Assembly: GCA_964292075.1 (NCBI GenBank)
Contig: CAXYUC010000002.1
Span: 7,469-71,468 of the forward strand
Reading direction: 5' to 3'
From: an uncultured Mycolicibacter sp.
Lineage (GTDB): Bacteria > Actinomycetota > Actinomycetes > Mycobacteriales > Mycobacteriaceae
Length of the DNA: 64,000 nucleotides
How positions within the stretch are numbered: position 1 is the stretch's first letter; every line of letters begins with the position of its first letter. This document shows positions 55,455-64,000 of the stretch, piece after piece. A program made the translations under genes and the position numbers. The notes beneath the pieces were generated by a model. That model searched no databases. It saw nothing but the letters and a program-made list of their open reading frames with translations, and was not told the origin of the DNA.

Positions 55455-56264
55455 CTAAACCACCCGCAAACCGGCCGGCACAGCCTCCGGATCACGCCAG
55501 AACGCGTCGCGAACGAATCGGTTGAACAGGTCTGGTGGCAGGATCGTCTCGCGCGGCTGGGCCCTGACCTCGCCGTGCACGGTGTGCAGACCCGGTGTGC
55601 CGGCGCGTTCATCAAAGTCAGTGACGTCGTAGTCGACGTTGTCGAAGCTGTGGGTGAACATCGGCTCACCAATGAAGTCGTAGATGGCGCGCATCGTCCG
55701 GCCGGGGTCAGTGGTGAGAGTCTCGTACTGCACCACCAGCAGCTTGTCCCGCTGTGCGCCGTAGCAGGCCTGCTTGAGCATGTCGTAGGGCGCGCCGACC
55801 ATCCCGTCTTGTCCCACCACGCCGTTGGCGCGGGTGTAGACGGTGCCGCCGGGGTTGAAACCGAAGATCGATGACGGGGTGAACACGTTGCGCTGGATCA
55901 ACCGTTCGATGCTGTCGACCACCCACGGCAATTCGCGCACGCAGGCGATGACTTTGGCCTCCGGAAACAGCCGCGTGACCGCCGGCATCCACCCGCACCA
56001 CGCCCGGTTGGTGTCGAAGATCACCTCTGCGACACTGTCGGCGTAGAAGCTGTCGAACAGCCCGTGCAGCAGCCTTTCCCGCCTTGCGTCGTCGATGAAC
56101 ACCGAGAACTCGTTGCGGGCACTCATCTCACCGAGCAAGGCGTCGAACAAGCCCGCTAAGGGGCCCGACATCCCGGCATGAAAGCGCGGGTTCTGCCGCA
56201 GTAGCGCGGCCAGCAGGGTCGAACCGGAGCGCGGTAGACCTGAGATGAAATGAATCGTCGACAA
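55455..56264 (-). CDS. PAPS-dependent sulfotransferase, RaxST-like
   Basis: 5'-PSB loop ISGLPRSGSTLL, FDTNRAWC, VRELPWVVDSIERL (3'-PB), LPPDLF...AFW; TTG start. Confidence 0.88.
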   Translation of the reverse strand: MSTIHFISGLPRSGSTLLAALLRQNPRFHAGMSGPLAGLFDALLGEMSARNEFSVFIDDARRERLLHGLFDSFYADSVAEVIFDTNRAWCGWMPAVTRLFPEAKVIACVRELPWVVDSIERLIQRNVFTPSSIFGFNPGGTVYTRANGVVGQDGMVGAPYDMLKQACYGAQRDKLLVVQYETLTTDPGRTMRAIYDFIGEPMFTHSFDNVDYDVTDFDERAGTPGLHTVHGEVRAQPRETILPPDLFNRFVRDAFWRDPEAVPAGLRVV

Positions 56265-56275
56265 CGCGGTGGCTC

Positions 56276-57031
56276 CTACTCTGCCTCGAGTGCGGCGAGG
56301 ACCTCGTCGGACAGGTCCACGTTGGTCCAGACGTTCTGCACGTCGTCACTGTCCTCGAGCGCCTCGACGAGCTTGAACACCTTGCGGGCCCCCTCGACGT
56401 CGACCGGGACGCTGACCGACGGCTGGAAGCTGGCCTCGGCGGAGTCGTAGTCGATCCCGGCCTCGACCAGCGCGCTGCGCACCGCCACCAGGTCCCCCGG
56501 CTCGGAGATGACCTCGAAGCTCTCCCCCAAGTCGTTGACATCCTCAGCACCGGCATCCAACACCGCCGCCAACACGTCGTCCTCGGTCAACGCGTTCTTG
56601 TCCAGGGTGACCGTGCCCTTGCGGCTGAACAGGTAGGCGACTGAACCGGGGTCGGCCATCTGACCGCCGTTGCGGGTCATCGCCACCCGCACCTCACTGG
56701 CAGCCCGATTGCGGTTGTCGGTCAAACACTCGATGAGCACCGCCACGCCGTTGGGCCCGTAACCCTCATAGGTGATGGTCTGATAATCCGCCCCGCCGGC
56801 TTCCTCACCAGCACCACGCTTACGCGCCCGCTCAATATTGTCGTTGGGCACCGAGCTCTTCTTCGCCTTCTGAATGGCGTCGTACAACGTCGGATTGCCC
56901 GACGGGTCCCCACCGCCAACCCGTGCCGCGACCTCGATATTCTTGATCAACCGCGCAAAGTTCTTGCCACGACGAGCGTCAATGACGGCCTTCTTGTGCT
57001 TCGTGGTAGCCCACTTGGAATGGCCGCTCAT
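56276..57031 (-). CDS. yebC: YebC/PmpR family DNA-binding regulator
   Basis: [36 protein letters not shown]. Confidence 0.97.
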   Translation of the reverse strand: MSGHSKWATTKHKKAVIDARRGKNFARLIKNIEVAARVGGGDPSGNPTLYDAIQKAKKSSVPNDNIERARKRGAGEEAGGADYQTITYEGYGPNGVAVLIECLTDNRNRAASEVRVAMTRNGGQMADPGSVAYLFSRKGTVTLDKNALTEDDVLAAVLDAGAEDVNDLGESFEVISEPGDLVAVRSALVEAGIDYDSAEASFQPSVSVPVDVEGARKVFKLVEALEDSDDVQNVWTNVDLSDEVLAALEAE

Positions 57032-57083
57032 CGGTTGCCCTACCTCACTGTTGCATCAAAACTTTGCCCGACGATTCTACGTG

Positions 57084-58445
57084 TCAGTCCTGCTCGCGCG
57101 CCGGGGGCTGCTCGGGCGGGAAGAACCCGGGTGCCCATCGCTCGATCAGCGCGGCGTAGTCGACGTGTGCGTCCAGCTGTACCGCGACTCCGAGCAGGCC
57201 GCCCAGTGTGCGCAGCAACATGACGTAGCCAGCGGGGATGGTCAGCCGGCGAGCCATCTTGAATCGGTCGGCGAAGCCTTCCGCCATCGGATCGGTGGTG
57301 ACCAGCGCAGACCTCTGGAACCACTTGCGGGTGAAGTGGAACTCTCCCGAGCGCAGCGGGTCGATGTAGGGCCACAGCGGCTGGATGTACTCCACTAGCT
57401 GCTCGGCACTCAGGTCATAGTCGGCCGGCATGAACCCGAGTTGCTTGAGCAGCCGGATCGCCTCGTCCCACTGCTCGTCACGCGCCCAACACAATAGTTC
57501 GGCGAATCCCGGCGGGATGCCCTCGGGATGTTCGGCCACCGCGCCGAAGTCGATGACCCCCAGCCGACCGTCGGGCAGCATCATGAAGTTGCCCGGATGC
57601 GGGTCGGCATGCACCAGCCCGACACGCGCCGGCGAGCTCAAGGTGAACTCCAGCAGCAGCGCGCACGCGGAGTCTCGCTCCGCTTTGGTGCCACTGTTGA
57701 TGATCGCCGACAGCCGCCGGCCTTCGATCCACTCCGAGACGATGACTTTCGGCGCGCTGGCGATCACCGCCGGAACGAAGAACTTCGGGTCATCGGCATA
57801 GGCCTTGGCGAAGGCCCGCTGATTGTCGGCCTCCTGGCGGTATTCCAGTTCGGCTTCCAGGGTGTCGTTGATCTCCGAGACCAGCCGGTCCACGTCAGCG
57901 CCGGGAACGACCTGCTTGGCGACCCAGTTGAACCGCTGAATCAGCTTGAGGTCGGCGCGCAGCGCCTCGTCGGCACCGGGATATTGGATCTTCACGGCGA
58001 CCTCGCGGCCGTCCTTCCAGACCGCCCGGTGGACCTGCCCGATGCTCGCCGAGGCAGCGGGGGTGTCGTCGAAGGACGCGAAACGCTCCCGCCATTTGGT
58101 GCCGAGCTGGGCGTCGAGCACCCGGTGTACCTTGGCGGCTGGCAGCGGCGGGGCCTCGCTTTGGAGCTTGACCAGCGCCTCGCGGAACGGCTCGGCGAAC
58201 TGCGGAGGAATCGCAGCCTCCATCACCGACAGCGCCTGGCCAACCTTCATAGCGCCGCCCTTGAGTTCGCCGAGCACCTTGAACATCTCGTCGGCGGCCT
58301 TCTCGAGGAGCTCGGCGTTGACCTCGTCTTTGGTCTTGCCGGTCATCCGCTTGCCCACACCGAGCGCTGCGCGGCCTGCAACTCCGGCCGGGAGGCTCGC
58401 AAGTTTTACTGCGCGACGAAATCCGCCCCGCGCGAGATCTGCCAT
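57084..58445 (-). CDS. ABC1/UbiB (AarF) atypical kinase family protein
   Basis: GAMKVGQ, ASASIGQVHRA, VAVKIQYPG, HADPHPGN, IDFG. Confidence 0.92.
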   Translation of the reverse strand: MADLARGGFRRAVKLASLPAGVAGRAALGVGKRMTGKTKDEVNAELLEKAADEMFKVLGELKGGAMKVGQALSVMEAAIPPQFAEPFREALVKLQSEAPPLPAAKVHRVLDAQLGTKWRERFASFDDTPAASASIGQVHRAVWKDGREVAVKIQYPGADEALRADLKLIQRFNWVAKQVVPGADVDRLVSEINDTLEAELEYRQEADNQRAFAKAYADDPKFFVPAVIASAPKVIVSEWIEGRRLSAIINSGTKAERDSACALLLEFTLSSPARVGLVHADPHPGNFMMLPDGRLGVIDFGAVAEHPEGIPPGFAELLCWARDEQWDEAIRLLKQLGFMPADYDLSAEQLVEYIQPLWPYIDPLRSGEFHFTRKWFQRSALVTTDPMAEGFADRFKMARRLTIPAGYVMLLRTLGGLLGVAVQLDAHVDYAALIERWAPGFFPPEQPPAREQD

Positions 58446-58521
58446 GCGGACATCATGCCTGGCCGGTCCCGGCGACGGTGTTCCCGGTCACCCAACGGGC
58501 GGCCAGCTGCGGGCAGGGCGG

Positions 58522-59118
58522 TCAGGCCCGCCCCGCGACGATGTCGACGAAGAGCCGGTGAATACGGCGGTCGCCGGTCACCTCCGGGTGAAACGAGGTG
58601 GCCAGCACGCGGCCTTGCCGCACCGCAACAGGATGACCCGCCGCCTCGGCCAGCACCTGAACGCCCGGGCCGATCCGCTCCACCCAGGGGGCTCGGATGA
58701 ACACCGCGTGTACCGGTTCGTCCAAGCCGTCGAAATCGACGTCACCCTCGAAAGAGTCGACCTGACGGCCTAAAGCGTTGCGCCGAACGGCCATATCGAT
58801 GCCGGACAACGGAATTGCGGCACGCCCCTGCGCGCCGGCATCGAGGATCTCGCTGGCCAGCAGAATCATTCCCGCGCAAGAACCGTACGCCGGCATCCCG
58901 TCAACCAGCCGCGCTCGCAGCGGATCCACCAGCTCCAGCTCGCGCAGCAGATGACTGATCGTGGTCGACTCGCCGCCGGGAATCAGCAACGCGTCGACCG
59001 CATCCAGCTCGGAGCGGCGGCGTACCGGCACCGGATCGGCACCGACAGCGCTCAGGGCGGCAAGGTGTTCACGGACGTCGCCCTGCAAGGCGAGGACGCC
59101 GATGTGCGCGCCGCTCAC
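58522..59118 (-). CDS. pdxT: PLP synthase glutaminase subunit
   Basis: [34 protein letters not shown]. Confidence 0.96.
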   Translation of the reverse strand: MSGAHIGVLALQGDVREHLAALSAVGADPVPVRRRSELDAVDALLIPGGESTTISHLLRELELVDPLRARLVDGMPAYGSCAGMILLASEILDAGAQGRAAIPLSGIDMAVRRNALGRQVDSFEGDVDFDGLDEPVHAVFIRAPWVERIGPGVQVLAEAAGHPVAVRQGRVLATSFHPEVTGDRRIHRLFVDIVAGRA

Positions 59119-59960
59119 TGGCCGGTCGGCTGGTAGCCCGACGGATAGCGGGTCAGCCCCTCCTGCATGACGGCCGCCACCATGTCCCCAGATCGGTTGT
59201 AGATCTTGCCCTGGGTCAGCGCCCGGCCGGCACCCGCCGACGGCGACGACTGGTCATAGAGCAGCCATTCGTCTGCCCGAAACGGGCGCATGAACCACAT
59301 CGCGTGATCGAGCGACGCCACCTGCAGGTGGTCACGCTCGCCGGGGTGGATCGCCCAGGAGGTGCCCAGCAGGGTCAGGTCGCTCATGTAGGCCAGCGCG
59401 CAGATGTGCAGCACCGGATCGTCGGGCAGCCGGTCGCGATGGCGGAACCAGACCTGTTGCTCGGCGACCTTGCCCGGCATGTGCGGCAGCTGCTCACGCG
59501 GCACCCGGCGCAGATCCCACTCGGCGAAAGCCTTGAATCCCTCGTCGTCGAAGGCCTTCATCGCGGCGATGTCGGGCAGGTCCTTGGGGTCGGGCGCGTC
59601 AGGCATCACATCTTGGTGCTCAATGCCCTGTTGTTCGGTCTGGAACGACGCCGACATGTTGAAGATGGTTTCGCCGTGCTGGATGGCGTTGACGCGCCGC
59701 GTACAGAACGAACCACCGTCGCGGTCCCGCTCCACGGTGAACACCGTGGGCGCCTTGGCATCTCCGGGACGCAGGAAGTATCCGTGCAGGGAGTGGACCC
59801 GGTAGCGCGGGTCCACGGTGCGCACCGCCGACACCAATGCCTGGCCGGCGACGTGCCCGCCGAAGGTGCGCTGGTTGTCCGCGGACAGCGGGCTGAACAC
59901 ACTCCCGCGGTAGATGTTGACCTCGAGTTGTTCGAGATCGAGGATCTCTTCGATCGCCAC
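59115..59960 (-). CDS. tesB: Acyl-CoA thioesterase II
   Basis: [37 protein letters not shown]. Confidence 0.95.
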   Translation of the reverse strand: MAIEEILDLEQLEVNIYRGSVFSPLSADNQRTFGGHVAGQALVSAVRTVDPRYRVHSLHGYFLRPGDAKAPTVFTVERDRDGGSFCTRRVNAIQHGETIFNMSASFQTEQQGIEHQDVMPDAPDPKDLPDIAAMKAFDDEGFKAFAEWDLRRVPREQLPHMPGKVAEQQVWFRHRDRLPDDPVLHICALAYMSDLTLLGTSWAIHPGERDHLQVASLDHAMWFMRPFRADEWLLYDQSSPSAGAGRALTQGKIYNRSGDMVAAVMQEGLTRYPSGYQPTGQ

Positions 59961-60187
59961 GAAATACTTCTACCAGGCGCGTTCTGCCGGCGGAGCCAAG
60001 GGAGAGGTGCCGAGCATCCCGCCAGAGTATTCGGTGGTCATGTCTGACAACGGCACTACCCTAGGCACATGCCGGCCGAGTGGGTCGACTGGTTCAACCA
60101 CTCAGGCCGCGGATCAGGTCGACCACCGGGATCGCCGCCACCGCGCACCACAGCTGGGTGAAGCTCACGCCGTTGCCGCTGCCGACC

Positions 60188-60919
60188 CTAGGTGGCCAGC
60201 CACCGCACGAGCTGACCGGCCCGGCGCAGCACGTCCAGCTGCGCCGGGTTGTACAGATCGGCCATCGCATCATCGATGGCCTTCTCGGCGAAGTTCGCAC
60301 CGCGCGGCGCGTCGGCGCGGGCCTCGGTGAGTCCGGGATGGGCCTGCCGGACCGACCGGATGTAGGGCGCCAGCCGCTCGGCGAGGCCCTGGCGGGTCGC
60401 CTCGTCGGCGTCGGCGGACAGCGTGTCCAGTTCCGACACGGCCGGATCCTCGGGGGTGTCCCTGATCAGGTCGGCATAGACCTGTCGGCCGCGCGGGCCT
60501 AGCACCCGGCTTAGGACCACCACCAGTTTGCGATCCGCGTCGGTCATCTTCGCGACGACGTCCGCGGGCGCGAACTCGGGCGGCAGATCCGTGGGCGCGG
60601 AGCTCTCCAGCAGCTCACTGAGCTCCTCGCGGGCCCGTTGCAGCCGGTCGATGGTCGCCGCCAGCTCGGCGTCCAATTCCCGCAACGCCTGCTCGGGATG
60701 CTCGTCGGTGTCACCCAACGCCGCGATCTGCGGGAGCGAGAACCCCAGGTCGACCAGCCGTTTGATGCGGACCAGCCAGACCAGGTGCGCCACGCCGTAC
60801 TGCTTGTACCCGTTTGACCGGCGTTCGGGCTCCGGGAGCAGGCCGACCTGGTGGTAGTGGCGGACGGCTCGCAGACTGGTGCCGGCCAGTTCGGCGATCT
60901 CACGAGTACTCCACGCCAC
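60188..60919 (-). CDS. MerR family transcriptional regulator
   Basis: STREIAELAGTSLRAVRHYHQVGLLPEPERRSNGYKQY. Confidence 0.92.
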   Translation of the reverse strand: MAWSTREIAELAGTSLRAVRHYHQVGLLPEPERRSNGYKQYGVAHLVWLVRIKRLVDLGFSLPQIAALGDTDEHPEQALRELDAELAATIDRLQRAREELSELLESSAPTDLPPEFAPADVVAKMTDADRKLVVVLSRVLGPRGRQVYADLIRDTPEDPAVSELDTLSADADEATRQGLAERLAPYIRSVRQAHPGLTEARADAPRGANFAEKAIDDAMADLYNPAQLDVLRRAGQLVRWLAT

Positions 60920-60945
60920 CTGTCAATCATGCCCAGGCGCGGGAC

Positions 60946-60976
60946 TTGACTGTGCCGTTACGTCCGAGTGTGGGAT
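60946..60976 (+). promoter_or_regulatory. MerR-type promoter with 19-bp spacer driving the S9 peptidase
   Basis: TTGACT (60946-60951), 19-nt spacer with partial dyad, TGGGAT (60971-60976), then GGAGG and ATG 60983. Confidence 0.55.
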
Positions 60977-60982
60977 GGAGGC

Positions 60983-62869
60983 ATGCCAACACCTGAGTTG
61001 ATCTCCGTCGACGATCTGTTCGCGCCGCCCGCCCGGGCGCAGGCATCGATCTCACCCGACGGCACCCGTATCGCCTACCTCGCACCGTGGCGGGACCGCC
61101 TCAACATCTGGATCCAGGACGTGGAAGACCTCGACGGCGAGCCGCGGCGCGTCACCGCCGACAGCACCCGCAGCATCCTGCACTACGAGTGGACCAGGGA
61201 CTCCCGCTGGCTGCTCTACCTGCAGGACACCGGCGGCGACGAGAACTGGCACATCTTCCGGGCCGACCCGCAGGACCCCGAACCCGGTGCCGTCGATCTG
61301 ACCCCCTTCCCGGGAGCGATGGCCGCCCACGAACTGCTCGGCGACCCGGCCAAGGCGATGGTGTACTCCAACAAGCGCACACCGACCCTGATGGACGCCT
61401 ACAAGCTGGACATCGCCACCGGTGAACTCACCATGGTGGCGAAGAACCCCGGTAACGGATCAGGCTGGCGGGCCAGCAGCAACGGCGAATTGTTCGCCAC
61501 CGCACTGACTGCCGACGGTGACGTGGAGCTGTTGCAGTGGGAGCCGCAGACCCAGACGCTGCGCTCCATCGTCACCTTCGACGGCCGTGACTACACGATG
61601 GGGCTGTACCCGATCACCGTCACCCCGGACGGCACCGGCATCTGGATCGGCTCCAACGACGGCACCGACCGGACCCGCATCGTGCGCGTCGACGTCGTCA
61701 CCGGCGAGCAGACCCACGTCGACAGCCATCCGGTCTACGACGTGGACACCCGGGCCAGCGTGTTCACTACGCTGGCCGAGCCGCTGATCCTGGACCGACG
61801 CACCGGCGATCTGCTCGGGGTGCGGTACCTGTTGGAGCGTCAGGTGATTCAGTCGCTGGACCCGCACTTCGCGGCGGTGCTGGCGAACCTGGAGAAGCTG
61901 TCCGATGGCGACGTGAACGCCCTGAGCTCCGATCTGACCGGCCGACTCTGGGTGGTCAACTTCACCCATGACCGCGAAGCCGGGATGACCCACCTCTACG
62001 ACCACGACACCGGGGACAGTCGGCTGCTGTTCGGGTCACATCCGCAGCTGGATCCCGAGGTCCTGGCGTCGATGAATCCGGTCACCGTCCGCTCGCGCGA
62101 CGGGCTGGATCTGCACGGGTATCTGACTCTGCCGGTCGGGGTGCCGCCGAAGAATCTGCCGATGGTGCTGCTGGTGCACGGCGGGCCGTGGACGCGCGAC
62201 GGTTGGATGTTCACCCCGCCGGTGCAGCTGCTGGCGAACCGCGGATACGCGGTGCTGCAGGTCAACTTCCGCGGGTCGGTGGGCTTCGGCAAGGCCTTCA
62301 CCAAGGCCGCGGTCGGTGAGTTCGCCGGCAAGATGCACGACGATTTGATCGACAGTGTGGACTGGGCCGTCGAGCAGGGGTATGCGGATCCGAAGCGGAT
62401 CGCCATCTTCGGCGGCTCCTACGGCGGATACGCGACGCTGGTCGGCGTCACCTTCACACCCGACCTGTTCGCCGCCGCAATCGATTACGTCGGTATCTCC
62501 GATCTGAGCAACTTCATGCGGACGCTCCCCGAGATCGCACGCCCGCACCTGGCCAACAACTGGCACCTGTTCGTCGGAAACCCCGACGACCCCGACCAGT
62601 TGGCCGACATGCTGTCCCGCTCCCCCATCACGAAGGTCGACCAGATCCGAACGCCGCTGCTGGTTATCCAGGGCGCCAACGATGTTCGCGTGGTCCAGGC
62701 CGAATCCGACAACTTGGTCGAGGCGTTGCGCGGCCGCGGAGTCAAGGTGGAGTACATGATAAAACACGACGAGGGGCACGGATTCGTCAACCCGGACAAC
62801 GTGATCGACATGTACCAGACCGTCGACCGCTTCCTCGCCGAGCATCTCGGCGATGGAAAGAGATCATGA
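60983..62869 (+). CDS. S9 family (prolyl oligopeptidase / acylaminoacyl) serine peptidase
   Basis: Beta-propeller N-terminus, VHGGP, GGSYGGY nucleophile, QGAND, DEGHG; no signal peptide. Confidence 0.93.
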   Translation: MPTPELISVDDLFAPPARAQASISPDGTRIAYLAPWRDRLNIWIQDVEDLDGEPRRVTADSTRSILHYEWTRDSRWLLYLQDTGGDENWHIFRADPQDPEPGAVDLTPFPGAMAAHELLGDPAKAMVYSNKRTPTLMDAYKLDIATGELTMVAKNPGNGSGWRASSNGELFATALTADGDVELLQWEPQTQTLRSIVTFDGRDYTMGLYPITVTPDGTGIWIGSNDGTDRTRIVRVDVVTGEQTHVDSHPVYDVDTRASVFTTLAEPLILDRRTGDLLGVRYLLERQVIQSLDPHFAAVLANLEKLSDGDVNALSSDLTGRLWVVNFTHDREAGMTHLYDHDTGDSRLLFGSHPQLDPEVLASMNPVTVRSRDGLDLHGYLTLPVGVPPKNLPMVLLVHGGPWTRDGWMFTPPVQLLANRGYAVLQVNFRGSVGFGKAFTKAAVGEFAGKMHDDLIDSVDWAVEQGYADPKRIAIFGGSYGGYATLVGVTFTPDLFAAAIDYVGISDLSNFMRTLPEIARPHLANNWHLFVGNPDDPDQLADMLSRSPITKVDQIRTPLLVIQGANDVRVVQAESDNLVEALRGRGVKVEYMIKHDEGHGFVNPDNVIDMYQTVDRFLAEHLGDGKRS

Positions 62870-62936
62870 CCGACCAACTAGAGCAAAGACATGCGGCATC
62901 GGGACTGCTCGGGTCGTCGAGCACACCCTTAACTTA

Positions 62937-62954
62937 AGTACGCTTTCCTGTACA
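62937..62954. promoter_or_regulatory. YefM-type operator (two GTAC-cored hexamers, 12-bp spacing)
   Basis: AGTACG-CTTTCC-TGTACA directly upstream of ATG 62964. Confidence 0.55.
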
Positions 62955-62963
62955 GCAGGCGGC

Positions 62964-63236
62964 ATGAAGACAATGAGCTACACACAGTCGCGAGCGCGCT
63001 ACGCCGAGGTGCTCGACAGCGTTGTGGCCGATCGTGAACAGGTCGTGATCACCCGCGCGGGTCACGAGCCGGTGGTGATTGTCTCGCTGGCCGACTTCGG
63101 GTCGCTGCGGGAGACGGCCTATCTCATGCGCTCACCGGCGAATGCGAACAAGCGCGTCGCTTGGCTGATCGAGGGCTCCTTGGAAGCGTCGACGATGTTT
63201 TCTTGCTCCTGGGTGAGGAGTTTTTTTCCGCAGTAG
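62964..63236 (+). pseudogene. yefM: Orphan Phd/YefM antitoxin with replaced C-terminus; no YoeB toxin
   Basis: SYTQSRARYAEVLDSV, VVITRAGHEPVVIVSL, ETAYLMRSPANA, then unrelated tail; pdxS stop follows 14 nt later. Confidence 0.75.
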
Positions 63237-63250
63237 CCACAGGGGGGCTT

Positions 63251-64000
63251 CTACCAGCCGCGTTCGGCAAGCCGGTGCGGTTGCGCGATGTCCTCCACGT
63301 TGATGCCGACCATCGCCTCGCCCAGCCCGCGCGATACCCGAGCCAACACGTCGGGGTCGTCGTAGAAAGTGGTGGCCTTGACGATGGCCGCCGCACGCGC
63401 GGCAGGGTCACCGGACTTGAAGATGCCGGAACCGACGAACACGCCTTCCGCACCGAGCTGCATCATCATCGCGGCATCCGCCGGGGTGGCGATGCCACCC
63501 GCGGTAAACAGCGTCACGGGCAGCTTCCCGGCCCTGGCCACCTCCGCGACCAGCTCGTAGGGCGCCTGCAGTTCCTTTGCCGCAACGAACAATTCGTCCT
63601 CGGAAAGCGATGTGAGCCGGCGAATCTCGCCACCGATCGAACGCATGTGGGTGGTGGCGTTGGAGACATCACCGGTACCGGCCTCGCCCTTGGAGCGAAT
63701 CATGGCCGCGCCCTCGGTGATCCGGCGCAGCGCCTCGCCCAGATTGGTCGCCCCGCACACGAACGGCACGGTGAACCGCCACTTGTCGATGTGGTGGGTG
63801 TAGTCGGCGGGGGTGAGCACCTCGGACTCGTCGATGTAGTCCACCCCGAGGCTCTGCAGGATCTGGGCCTCGACGAAGTGCCCGATGCGCACCTTGGCCA
63901 TCACCGGGATGGTGACCGCGGCGATGATGCCCTCGATCATGTCCGGGTCGCTCATCCGCGACACCCCGCCCTGGGCACGGATGTCGGCGGGCACCCGCTC
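63251..64000 (-). CDS. pdxS: PLP synthase lyase subunit (5' end beyond right edge)
   Basis: [55 protein letters not shown]. Confidence 0.97.
   Translation of the reverse strand, partial: ERVPADIRAQGGVSRMSDPDMIEGIIAAVTIPVMAKVRIGHFVEAQILQSLGVDYIDESEVLTPADYTHHIDKWRFTVPFVCGATNLGEALRRITEGAAMIRSKGEAGTGDVSNATTHMRSIGGEIRRLTSLSEDELFVAAKELQAPYELVAEVARAGKLPVTLFTAGGIATPADAAMMMQLGAEGVFVGSGIFKSGDPAARAAAIVKATTFYDDPDVLARVSRGLGEAMVGINVEDIAQPHRLAERGW

Noticed and set aside
60094-60190. Hydrophobic frame GVSFTQLWCAVAAIPVVDLIRGLSG between tesB and MerR
   Set aside because: Possibly a gene remnant, but too short and overlapped by MerR to support a call

Overview
High-GC mycobacterial chromosome segment; the lineage-style secreted-protein N-termini tentatively suggest Mycolicibacter (M. 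terrae complex). The backbone matches the conserved pyrB/pyrR - (Rv2531c-like decarboxylase) - nusB/efp/pepQ - aroQBKC - aroE/mltG/ruvX/alaS - rarA - aspS - hisS/ppiB/rel/apt/secFD/yajC/gabT - ruvBAC - yebC/pdxT/tesB/pdxS order, recalled from M. tuberculosis Rv2531c-Rv2606c. Accessory blocks sit between these genes: a TetR/flavin monooxygenase/azoreductase trio, an Rpf gene behind a ~33% GC promoter, an ESX-5-type PE-PPE-esx-esx satellite, a DapA-like/class II aldolase/XRE-cupin module, a small secreted Cys-Trp repeat protein, a DUF2252 gene, an ABC1 kinase, and a MerR/S9-peptidase/orphan YefM island splitting the pdxS-tesB-pdxT run. The most striking single gene is a sulfotransferase that aligns by eye along its full length with the Xanthomonas tyrosine sulfotransferase RaxST but has no raxX/raxAB partners in the window. 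One esterase carries an in-frame amber codon. No rRNA, tRNA, CRISPR array or IS transposase was recognised. All assignments come from motif recognition and recalled synteny; no searches were run.
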